From the NCBI GenBank assembly GCA_963612465.1, contig CAVDUV010000006.1, forward strand, positions 36,732 to 100,731: a stretch of DNA of 64,000 nucleotides. The letters are read 5' to 3'. The translations under genes and the position numbers were made by a program. Of this stretch, positions 20,201 through 26,148 are shown one piece after another. How positions within the stretch are numbered: position 1 is the stretch's first letter; each line of letters begins with the position of its first letter. Origin of the DNA: Bacteroidaceae bacterium (lineage in GTDB: Bacteria; Bacteroidota; Bacteroidia; Bacteroidales; Muribaculaceae). The notes under the pieces are model-generated. The model searched no databases, was not told where the DNA came from, and saw only the letters and a program-made list of their open reading frames with translations.

Positions 20201-20365
20201 ATCTCGAGCAACATAGCCGACAAGGCAGTTGCCAACCGCGTATACTACAACCTTGCCGGTGTGCGCGTTGATGGCCCGTCGGAATACAACCCGGTAGTGA
20301 TTGAGCGCACCGTCTACACCGACGGCACTTCGGCTTCGGCCAAGGTTATCTACCGAGCCAAGTGA
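14237..20365 (+). CDS. giant (2042 aa) GLUG-motif repeat surface protein with T9SS C-terminal sorting domain
   Basis: Signal peptide MRKFTLMLLCAFMAVLACSA. Three modules each open with GSG/GDG-x-AE-x-P(Y/W)(L/E)I (nt about 15347, 16859, 18200). Each is followed by many roughly 20-25 aa GG(I/L)(A/V)G...N(C/S)YN.G.V repeats. The C-terminus (VYYNLAGVRVDGP...KVIYRAK) is like Por_Secre_tail. Confidence 0.85.
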   Translation: MRKFTLMLLCAFMAVLACSATQSRDEFTFTKVPVASGVAAETATRISATQLASGSVYTDGSLSSKARVVSAARKSPKAKVAIDDFAGSRYVISHATTGVVTAREATVTKVGTDSLSISGFVYSDVTVGAKVDVATGKVTIYPQYVATVQGYSVWICSVDQDKNVYSTTDPIEGTIDESGALHLETAFGFFVTSGDRKGAYLTIGIQNYADVAKVNGRVTTQVIKYDGYFSTKRRSVTPVTDWVYVRQTAADKLRITHLSSDKGYFDFDAKLNYDKTLSIDPQTLLSIAYSGSFCCYKFTETVQDTTVTISAQILSPITGTLTQDGDSAKIALGKWMVGSTSGGVLNLFESSAFSTSASIVFPEKPQANFEGSGTEADPYLIKTAADLKALSVTVNTDASKRGSIKTDVQGNQYYPVYAGTYFALAADIDMGSFKETFDPIGTSVIRFAGTLDGRGHTIKKLQFIDYAYDYVGLFGATAPEATVKNLRFSQPKITTVGYNVGVLAGRNFGTVDGVTVDTATVSTSGYNVGLIGGYNFGTISNVKVHKASIAALGYVGGVAGFCYGNVLSSSVEGATIQLLYKQQFVGGIVGYISRIKGQANSKLLDCSFSGTIYSSASEICMGGIAGEAAYTEIARCYTAGRILSGSSVQNYIAGLVGAAWVCDIHDCYATGVVYNENSAYAAGLVSEDPETSDEYGGTTITNCYAAVQLTTASTDSIAGLVGKPKYITVKNSYFDAQLANINHSEWGKSTAELTSAAGISGFDASVWNFTEGLYPRIKATDTTDVAVVSASPIILASADNVKLVKSDFTYNSAASNVKWRAVQNGSYSTEGGHAFTFNNGVGKLNYQQYTDTVEVSCNNAFKLYFVNIAPMPFKGDGSAENPWEIGTREELNQLISISNNATLTFNGKYIKQTANIDMQGDTIQPIDNDNSGKLHFLGTYDGQKYTIDNFVLSTAGFHAEGNSSGKPAGEFNPRDDRSTYYGGLFGTVGATGVVKNVTVGSKAVYQLFCYGGAIAGQCYGRIEGCSNFGTVYTYYSRSGGIVGQLNKDGVVSGCYNAGSVYVDNNQAGGIAGYAAQATIENCQNAGEVGAVYFNSYQKEGVQAKAGGIVGEDSKCVIKNVLNTGHVETYKQVGGISGVTSSSTFTNAVNYGTVVVKTDKSTSGHIAGANTSSTFENSYYASQLSKLGAVANGNHDGVEGETTTNLASGSIKTLSDSIWTQKAGCYPTLAATSNWPEAQLASKATVFFADGNYASSVLTPATLGNTQELTWSVKTGKAFAVTDGKLVPTVPASGAEADTLVAVFGNYKRYLPIVTLNAAILEGSGTAEAPYLIKTVADYNTLADFVKSTGHDYEGSYFKVVNDLDFKDVAFQPIADGPNGFAADFNGNGKTFSNISYDTSTDNGTTAHAVFGTVLAAGSVHDLTIDESCKFGSYTYPAAFVSSLYGKLYNLTNKAAVAAGNYYAGGIASLANAGASIKNCANYGDITAKYGYAGGIFAVSVAGSAIQVDSCVNEGLISSASYMGGIAAQASANVNASVNRGAIAATAKYAGGMLGVALAPSSATYCHNEADILAVEDAGGIFGQVAAHSAPYRCTIDSCYNTGAITAATSSKKKSYYMGGIVGYATRGITVNKCYNIGEVKAESSDIILYTAGGIVGSSSATSAGYNYFTDCWNSANVSAYNNVGGIGGAISGDTTAIIVRCYNLGNISSNSPTVSNAGGIVGNGGYEISDSYNAGNVTGTGYQIGGIAGYLTGHPYDFHNVANYGTVTGTTTKSTKIGGIVGMGRVDMKDCYNFGEVSGYDAVAGIVGYPGNALAESYYTYITRTYNVGKVTATNGAAGNITTLNSNCKYYSCDSVYFDSSVNEAGSYDTQNGVKGITKREFVDLKISDAFENAEATYPSLKVFKNNDYNSFAVAMLLLADGEKTDSVTHNFKVGTPAGAVWTASSNLVIDGNDVKLANKTNGESATITLTVGDFSRTYELTLYYPSGISSNIADKAVANRVYYNLAGVRVDGPSEYNPVVIERTVYTDGTSASAKVIYRAK

Positions 20366-20416
20366 TAGGCAATAAGCACACAAATGCCCGCTTATAGGCA
20401 GGCATCCCAATAACGC

Positions 20417-20452
20417 AAGAGCCGCGAGGACCCAAGTCCCCGCGGCTCTTTG
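20417..20452 (+). terminator. hairpin terminator after the giant gene
   Basis: agagccgcg ... cgcggctct is a 9-bp GC-rich stem followed by ttt. Confidence 0.55.
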
Positions 20453-20599
20453 CATATCACATGCAGTAGAAGAGTGAAACAAAACCAATCAGCGAGCAGA
20501 ACAGGGGCAAGCCCTATGGGATAATGCCATTGCCAATGCAGCATTGCAACAAATGCCACAATAACGAATGTTTTTCAGTGCTCTCGGCATGCCGCATCC

Positions 20600-20911
20600 A
20601 TGCCGATTGGCAGTGAATCCGTTACTTTTACAGGCCGCACCACTCGCTCGGAGTATTGGTGGTTTTATCTTGCCTGCATAATTATCAGCTTTGCCATTGG
20701 TCTTGTCGACGGACTTTTTGGGGAAAAGAGTATTGTGTCGAATATTGTGTCGCTGGGTCTCTGCATCCCAATGCTTGCTGTGGGCATCAGGCGGATGCAC
20801 GACACGGGCCACTGTGGCTGGTTTATCCTAATCCCCATCTACAATTTGGTGCTCCTTTGCACCAAGGGAGAGTCGCAAGCCAATGAGTATGGCGATGTGT
20901 CTGCCAAGTAA
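20600..20911 (+). CDS. DUF805 family inner-membrane protein
   Basis: FTGRTTRSEYWWFYL ... GIRRMHDTGHCGWFILIPIYNLVLL is characteristic of DUF805 (YhaH/YhaI-like). Confidence 0.75.
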   Translation: MPIGSESVTFTGRTTRSEYWWFYLACIIISFAIGLVDGLFGEKSIVSNIVSLGLCIPMLAVGIRRMHDTGHCGWFILIPIYNLVLLCTKGESQANEYGDVSAK

Positions 20912-20937
20912 GGCTCAAGGGCTGAACGTATAAAATT

Positions 20938-20974
20938 AAAGGCTGGCCGTGCGCGGATGCGCGGGCCAGCCTTT
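20938..20974. terminator. GC-rich hairpin (bidirectional terminator), left copy
   Basis: aaaggctggcc-gtgcgcggatgcgcg-ggccagccttt. Lies 27 nt after the DUF805 stop. Confidence 0.7.
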
Positions 20975-20996
20975 ACTGTGGGGTTGTGGTAACGGG

Positions 20997-21062
20997 TTAG
21001 TGGTCGTAGTGGGCGAGGGCGCGGCGCAGGTTGTCGGCCAGCTGCACGCGCATCTCTTTGGG
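20997..21062 (-). pseudogene. orphan 3' fragment (last 21 codons plus stop) of the WYL-regulator gene
   Basis: The reverse complement reads PKEMRVQLADNLRRALAHYDH-TAA. The intact gene ends PKEMRVQLADNLRRALALYDH-TGA at 26228. No upstream coding continuation. Confidence 0.85.
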
Positions 21063-21502
21063 GGATCGTGAAGTGACATGCGGCTACGTAATCGCTATTG
21101 CACTGGTACAACATTTTTGTTGTGTGTGACAAGGATAAATGTAAAAATATAGTTATATTTGCCGTGCACTTATATTCGAAAGGATAGAGGTGCTACATAT
21201 TAATACGGACGTTACTTAAGCGTTACCTCTACATTCAAAACTCGCAATTTTGTAAAAAACTTCGGAGGTGAAGTCGTAGCAGCGTCCACGTTTTGCGCAT
21301 ATGTCGCCAGCCCATACTTTCCGCTATGGAAGGTATGGGTCTTGGTGCTTGCATATTGGGCGTGGGCTGACTGGGTTACTTATTCTGAAGTTTGGGCATG
21401 CGAGGCCTTGAATGTGGAATAAGACAAGTACAGATTCCTACGCCCTTTTTGTGTTATGTTCAGCTATGGGGAATTCAGTTGGACGCCATAAAAACGTATG
21501 CT

Positions 21503-21730
21503 ATGATATTCATAGGCCCTATTATAAAGGCCGAGCTAGATCGCCAGGAGCGCAGCGTCAGTTGGTTTGCTCGCAAGATAGGTTGTGATCGCTCCACAGT
21601 GTATCGCATATTTCAAAGAGCCAGCATCGATACACAGTTGTTGATGCGCATCTCTACCGTACTTGACCATGACTTCTTTGCTGATATATCGCAGAGCATA
21701 CACCATGTACCATATTCAGATTCTCGCTGA
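21503..21730 (+). CDS. small helix-turn-helix DNA-binding protein (75 aa)
   Basis: ORF 21392..21730. In-frame ATG at 21503. HTH-like SVSWFARKIGCDRSTVYRIFQRASIDTQLL. Confidence 0.6.
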   Translation: MIFIGPIIKAELDRQERSVSWFARKIGCDRSTVYRIFQRASIDTQLLMRISTVLDHDFFADISQSIHHVPYSDSR

Positions 21731-21764
21731 TTGCGGCACAAGTGTGGCAATTGTGCAGCACAGA

Positions 21765-21799
21765 TTTCTTTTACGTAACTGCTATTGCCAATATCTTTG
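21765..21799 (+). promoter_or_regulatory. candidate Bacteroides-type promoter for the peptide/radical SAM operon
   Basis: TATCTTTG (21792-21799) fits the -7 consensus TAnnTTTG. A T-rich tttctttt lies at about -33. Motif match only. Confidence 0.3.
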
Positions 21800-21860
21800 C
21801 GTTGTTAAAGAAAAATCCGAATCGCTTGAAAGGACGTAGGAAGTAAACTTTAACAAAAAT

Positions 21861-21897
21861 GAGAAAGCCGAAATGCAAGAAAGAGAGTAGGCAAAAA
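21861..21897 (+). repeat. 37-bp perfect direct repeat, copy A (leader upstream of the 23-aa ORF)
   Basis: gagaaagccgaaatgcaagaaagagagtaggcaaaaa is identical to 22000..22036. Ends 18 nt before the ATG at 21916. Confidence 0.95.
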
Positions 21898-21915
21898 AAT
21901 TAATACTAAGATGAA

Positions 21916-21987
21916 ATGATAGTAGGAATTGGATCAATGCTGGGGATTATGTTGATTGGATATTTAGCCTTTAAAATTTTCCATTGA
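21916..21987 (+). CDS. 23-aa hydrophobic peptide MIVGIGSMLGIMLIGYLAFKIFH (putative small membrane peptide)
   Basis: Hand-translated; below the length shown in the ORF track. Sits at the same spacing from the 37-bp repeat as the 49-aa ORF. No Cys. Confidence 0.35.
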   Translation: MIVGIGSMLGIMLIGYLAFKIFH

Positions 21988-21999
21988 CAAACCAATACA

Positions 22000-22036
22000 G
22001 AGAAAGCCGAAATGCAAGAAAGAGAGTAGGCAAAAA
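22000..22036 (+). repeat. 37-bp perfect direct repeat, copy B (leader upstream of the 49-aa ORF)
   Basis: Identical to 21861..21897. Ends 18 nt before the ATG at 22055. Confidence 0.95.
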
Positions 22037-22054
22037 TTTTTAATTAGAACCAAA

Positions 22055-22204
22055 ATGAAAAAGTATCAGAAACCCAAAGTCGTGGCAAAAAATCTTCCGT
22101 CTGGTTCATATGCAGCTGGTTGTCCAGCGAACCGTTCCGGAGAGACTTGTTTTATGTTCAATGTGCAAGGACCCACATGCAAATATTGTGAACGCTCGAA
22201 ATAA
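22055..22204 (+). CDS. 49-aa Cys-containing putative RiPP precursor MKKYQKPKVVAKNLPSGSYAAGCPANRSGETCFMFNVQGPTCKYCERSK
   Basis: Hand-translated; below the length shown in the ORF track. Lys-rich leader-like N-terminus, 4 Cys in the C-terminal 27 aa. Lies immediately upstream of two RRE-rSAM-SPASM genes. Confidence 0.6.
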   Translation: MKKYQKPKVVAKNLPSGSYAAGCPANRSGETCFMFNVQGPTCKYCERSK

Positions 22205-22222
22205 AGGCAACGAAATTATTTT

Positions 22223-22258
22223 AATTCAAGGGGAGGATTCCCCTTGAATTTTATTCTT
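22223..22258 (+). terminator. 12-bp perfect hairpin plus T-rich tail between peptide gene and radical SAM genes (possible attenuator)
   Basis: aattcaagggga-ggat-tccccttgaatt followed by ttattctt. Lies 19 nt after the peptide stop and 9 nt before the rSAM start. Confidence 0.6.
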
Positions 22259-22266
22259 ATCATGTG

Positions 22267-23736
22267 ATGTATATTCAGCTATCAAAAAATTCCTTTATAA
22301 GGTGTACCCCAAATTATGGGTATATTACAAATCAATTAACTAGGCAAGATAGGGTATATAACGAATCTGGAGCAAGTTTTCTTAAAAAAATAGCACGTAA
22401 GCCGTTGAAGCTGGAAAATATAGTGGGGCAACTTTGTGATGAATATCCAGATGAACTCAAAGAAACCATTGAAAAAGACTTTGTCTCTTTTATAGAAGAT
22501 TTGGCAAATCATGGATTTGTAATACTGGGGGATAGTATTGATGACCTTGCAAAAAAAGAACAGGAATTTTCTTATTCAATAGACGCTCCGTTCACAATGA
22601 CGGAAGACTTTACACAGCAGACCCAAGAAAGGGTTAGCGAAAACACACAAGATTTTTTCCTCGAGGAAGTGCAAAAACGTCCAATGATTTCTGCATTGCA
22701 GTTTGAGCTGTCAAGTAGGTGTAATGAGAGGTGTATACATTGTTACATACCGAACGACAAGAAAAATAAAGGATTTGACATGCCTACGCAAGAAGTGAAA
22801 AGAGTGCTGGATGAATTTTCAGATATGGGTGGACTTTATGTTACATTGTCTGGTGGAGAAGCCTTTTTACACAATGATATCCTTGAAATAATTGAGTATT
22901 GTAGAAAGAAGGATTTTAGGGTTACAATATTGTCCAATTTAATTTCTGTAAAAGAAGAACATGTACAGGCATTGAAAAAGATGAATGTCTCTCTCATCCA
23001 GACCTCCCTATATTCTATGAATCCAGAAATCCATGATTATATAACTACTGTTAAGGGATCGTTTGAGAGAACTAAGTCGTCTATAGAAAAATTGGTGAAA
23101 TCCGATATTCCAGTCCAGATAAGTTGTCCTGTTATGAAAGCCAATAAAGATAGTATTCGCGATGTTTTACTATATGCCAGGTCTTTAAAGATAAAGGCTC
23201 AAACCGATTATATTATGATGGCACGCTCAGATCTGGATACATCTAATTTGGCTAATAGATTGTCCTTGGAAGAGACAGAGAAAGTAATCCAAGACATACT
23301 ACAATTTGATGCTGATTACATTGACAATACGCTTATGCAGAAACCTCTTTCTGATGAAGTGAAATTTAACATGGACAGATTTAAGTCTCAACCAGTTTGC
23401 GGTGTGGGCTATGATAATTGCTGTATAACTGCAAATGGAGACGTTTATCCGTGTGCAGGATGGCAGGACTATGTGATAGGTAATGTGTATCGTCAGCCCC
23501 TAAAGGAAATTTGGGAAGGTAGTAAAAAAGTGCAGGCACTACGTAAAATCACTCAAGCATCCTTTCCTTCATGTCTTAATTGTGAAGCACTTAACTATTG
23601 TAATCGATGCCTTGTTAGAAATTACAACGAAACGAATGGAAATATGTTTGAAATCCCAAAACGTTTTTGTGACATAGCTTTCTTGAACAAAAAGCTGACA
23701 GAAAAATTTGAACACGATTATATATACAAAAAATAG
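22267..23736 (+). CDS. radical SAM/SPASM peptide-modifying enzyme with N-terminal PqqD-like (RRE) domain, paralog 1
   Basis: CNERCIHCY (CxxxCxxC), SGGEAFL. C-terminal Cys cluster CGVGYDNCCITANGDVYPCAGW ... CLNCEALNYCNRC. N-terminal roughly 90 aa resemble PqqD. GTG at 22264 is an alternative start. Confidence 0.85.
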   Translation: MYIQLSKNSFIRCTPNYGYITNQLTRQDRVYNESGASFLKKIARKPLKLENIVGQLCDEYPDELKETIEKDFVSFIEDLANHGFVILGDSIDDLAKKEQEFSYSIDAPFTMTEDFTQQTQERVSENTQDFFLEEVQKRPMISALQFELSSRCNERCIHCYIPNDKKNKGFDMPTQEVKRVLDEFSDMGGLYVTLSGGEAFLHNDILEIIEYCRKKDFRVTILSNLISVKEEHVQALKKMNVSLIQTSLYSMNPEIHDYITTVKGSFERTKSSIEKLVKSDIPVQISCPVMKANKDSIRDVLLYARSLKIKAQTDYIMMARSDLDTSNLANRLSLEETEKVIQDILQFDADYIDNTLMQKPLSDEVKFNMDRFKSQPVCGVGYDNCCITANGDVYPCAGWQDYVIGNVYRQPLKEIWEGSKKVQALRKITQASFPSCLNCEALNYCNRCLVRNYNETNGNMFEIPKRFCDIAFLNKKLTEKFEHDYIYKK

Positions 23737-23742
23737 TTCCGC

Positions 23743-25083
23743 GTGTTTGTTAAAAGATTAGACTCGACAATAGTGAGAGCACTGAAAGATGGTTCTGCTC
23801 TTGCGTTTAATGTTGAAACGGGTGAACATATCGTCTTAGATGAAGTAGGAGGTGCTTTTATTAGTAAGGTGTTGACCAAAGCGCAGGATGTGGATAATAT
23901 ATGTTTATCGCTTATGTCAATGTACTATGGTGTCTCGCTATCTGAATTAAGGACTGATTTTATTGGATTTATTACGGAATTAGGGGACAAGGGAATTTTA
24001 AAGATTTCGGAAAAACCTGAGAATGAGCATGAACTTACTGATATACAGATAGAAATTATAACTGGTTGCAATGAGCGCTGCGTGCACTGTTACATACCAA
24101 ATGCGGAAAAAAACAAGTGTGTGTTGATGCCTAACAAAATGGTGCACTCAATTATTGACCAATTCAAAGTGTTAGGCGGCAAGAGCATAACATTGTCAGG
24201 AGGAGAACCGCTACTTCATCCAGACTTGTGCGATATGATAAATTATTGTGCATTAAACAATTTGCGAATTAACATTTTCACAAACCTAACTCTACTTGAC
24301 GATAAAATAACATCGGCATTATTAGACTCGAATATTGGCGTAGTTCAAACTTCACTATATTCAATGAATCCAAATGTGCATGATGATATAACAAAAGTCC
24401 CAGGTTCATTTGCAAAGACTTTGCATGGAATAGAGAAATTAAAAGAAAATGGGATTGAAGTGCAAATTGCGTGTCCAGTGATGAGTAAAAATAAGGAAGG
24501 TCTAAGTGAATTGGTCGATTTTGCTGTTGGCAATGGCATTAATTTAAGGCTAAACTCTCAGTTAATGGCTCAAAATAATGGCGATGATACTTTTGTCAAA
24601 GGCAATAGGCTCTCATTGATACAAAACAAGGAACTATTATGTGAATTGATGACCAATCATGCAGAATATGTAATACACCATTTATTTGAGTTGTCTGATT
24701 TGGATGCAGCATTGATTGATAACCCCAAAAAAACCTGTGAAAGTTCGATTTGTTCTGCAGGGAAAAATTCATGCAGCATATTGGTAAATGGCAATGTAAT
24801 TCCTTGCCCAAGTTGGGTGGAATGTGTGTTGGGGAATGTTTTTGTCTCATCATTAAGTGATATTTGGAATGGAAGTGCTCTCTTAAAGCATTTACGCCAT
24901 TTCAATAAACAAAAGTTTTATCCCGAATGTTTAGAGTGCAAGGCTTTATCGTTTTGCAAAAGATGTTTCGCTCAGAATGCATCCGGGAATAGTAAATGTT
25001 TCCTTGATATTGATGGGAGAGTGTGTGACGAGGCTTTTTTAAGGAAGGAGTTTTTTGATCGATACGCAAATGGAAATGGCTGA
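23743..25083 (+). CDS. radical SAM/SPASM peptide-modifying enzyme with N-terminal PqqD-like (RRE) domain, paralog 2
   Basis: GTG start 6 nt after the paralog 1 stop. CNERCVHCY, SGGEPLL. SPASM-like CSAGKNSCSILVNGNVIPCPSW ... CLECKALSFCKRC. Clearly homologous to paralog 1 along its length. Confidence 0.85.
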   Translation: MFVKRLDSTIVRALKDGSALAFNVETGEHIVLDEVGGAFISKVLTKAQDVDNICLSLMSMYYGVSLSELRTDFIGFITELGDKGILKISEKPENEHELTDIQIEIITGCNERCVHCYIPNAEKNKCVLMPNKMVHSIIDQFKVLGGKSITLSGGEPLLHPDLCDMINYCALNNLRINIFTNLTLLDDKITSALLDSNIGVVQTSLYSMNPNVHDDITKVPGSFAKTLHGIEKLKENGIEVQIACPVMSKNKEGLSELVDFAVGNGINLRLNSQLMAQNNGDDTFVKGNRLSLIQNKELLCELMTNHAEYVIHHLFELSDLDAALIDNPKKTCESSICSAGKNSCSILVNGNVIPCPSWVECVLGNVFVSSLSDIWNGSALLKHLRHFNKQKFYPECLECKALSFCKRCFAQNASGNSKCFLDIDGRVCDEAFLRKEFFDRYANGNG

Positions 25084-25396
25084 TGAATATGTTTCAATGA
25101 TAGTAGCAGGATCTTTTACTGTTTTAGGGGCTATGGTTAGCTCAATATCACATTGGTTAACGTCACGAAACAGTACAAGAACGCATAAGTTGGAAAAATA
25201 TGTCATGCAATTAGGAGATCAAGTTAAATCTTATTGGTACTTGGAGCGGTTATATGCTCACGAGCTATCTGAATTAAAAAAATGTAACGAGGAAACAACA
25301 TTGAAAAGGAACCGAGCTAAAATAGCAGATCAAGTGGGTGTTCGGCCCAAAATGACAGCTAATGATGTAGATAAACTTTTGGATGATATTCGGTGA
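25070..25396 (+). CDS. small protein with one N-terminal TM helix and charged helical tail
   Basis: ORF 25055..25396. ATGs at 25070 and 25076 overlap the rSAM-2 stop. Helix MIVAGSFTVLGAMVSSISHWL. No family recognised. Confidence 0.55.
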   Translation: MEMADEYVSMIVAGSFTVLGAMVSSISHWLTSRNSTRTHKLEKYVMQLGDQVKSYWYLERLYAHELSELKKCNEETTLKRNRAKIADQVGVRPKMTANDVDKLLDDIR

Positions 25397-26148
25397 TGAT
25401 TGTTGATAGCCACGTACATGTAGGACAATTCAATGATAAATATTTTTCCCCTGCGTTTGTATCAAGGCTGATGTCAAGCGTAGGGGTTGACTATTATGCA
25501 GTGTCGTCTACCACAATGTGTAATGAGGATTACCCAAAGGTGTTGTCTGAAATAAATGAATTGATTGGTCTTGATGGTGAACGAGTGTTGCCTGTTATTT
25601 GGATTACGCCATATGGACTTAAGGGTAGCATTGCATGGTTTCTTGAGTCGGATGTTAGGTGGCGCTGCTTGAAGGTTCATCCATTTCTACACCCCAATGA
25701 CTGGGAACCGAATGGCTCACAGTTTTGCGACGTGATAGACATTGCTCGTGAACTGCATGTGCCATTGTTAATACACACAGGGCATGATAAAAGTTGCATG
25801 TGTGGCAAATATGAGGAAATGATTGCTGAAAATGTTGATGTTGATTTCATCTTGGCTCATGGTCAACCATTGAAGCAGGTGATACCTATATTAGCTCGTT
25901 ATATGAATGCTTATGCAGATTCTGCTTTTATGCCTATTGGGCAAATGAGAGAGATCATTGACAATGACTTAGCACATAAACTTTTGTGGGGGACAGATAT
26001 GTGTGTGCCGTTACATTTTTATTCCCATATAGATCTTGCTCAGTGTTATGGCAAAAAACTGAAAGACTTTCGCGCGGTTTGCTCACAAGAGCAATATGTG
26101 TCAGTGACAAGTATTAATGCAAGAAAATTGTTTGGCATTTCATTGTGA
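25396..26148 (+). CDS. amidohydrolase-2 type metal-dependent TIM-barrel hydrolase
   Basis: N-terminal DSHVHV (HxH), LLIHTGH, ILAHG, WGTDMCVP. The ATG overlaps the previous stop (TGATG). Confidence 0.7.
   Translation: MIVDSHVHVGQFNDKYFSPAFVSRLMSSVGVDYYAVSSTTMCNEDYPKVLSEINELIGLDGERVLPVIWITPYGLKGSIAWFLESDVRWRCLKVHPFLHPNDWEPNGSQFCDVIDIARELHVPLLIHTGHDKSCMCGKYEEMIAENVDVDFILAHGQPLKQVIPILARYMNAYADSAFMPIGQMREIIDNDLAHKLLWGTDMCVPLHFYSHIDLAQCYGKKLKDFRAVCSQEQYVSVTSINARKLFGISL

Larger units (their letters stand above)
20937..21062. repeat. 126-bp direct repeat, left copy (island boundary)
   Basis: Matches 26168..26293 with 3 mismatches by direct alignment. Offset 5231 bp. Confidence 0.95.

Noticed and set aside
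20839-21132. 97-aa minus-strand ORF spanning the left direct repeat.
   Set aside because: It is in a different frame from the WYL gene remnant. Its Arg/Pro/Ala-rich translation runs through the terminator hairpin, so it is likely spurious.
21063-21502. Search for an integrase or transposase remnant in the gene-free left arm of the island.
   Set aside because: No ORF of meaningful length is present and I recognise no recombinase motif. There is only a short hairpin (cccatactttcc/ggaaggtatggg). A degraded remnant cannot be excluded without a translated database search.
21859-21903. 14-aa ORF MRKPKCKKESRQKN overlapping 37-bp repeat copy A.
   Set aside because: Its ATG lies outside the repeat, and copy B has no equivalent start (only MQERE-stop). 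The repeat is more likely non-coding.
21861-22036. Possible miniature CRISPR array (two identical 37-bp repeats with a 102-bp spacer).
   Set aside because: There are only two copies, the spacer is far too long, there are no cas genes, and each repeat precedes an ORF at fixed spacing.
22267-25083. Radical SAM genes as viperin-like antiviral or cofactor-maturation enzymes, suggested by the defense-island idea and the adjacent WYL regulator.
   Set aside because: Both proteins have an N-terminal PqqD-like peptide-recognition domain and a C-terminal SPASM-type Cys cluster, and they follow a small Cys peptide. That fits RiPP maturases, not viperins. A defense or antagonism role for the product itself is not excluded.
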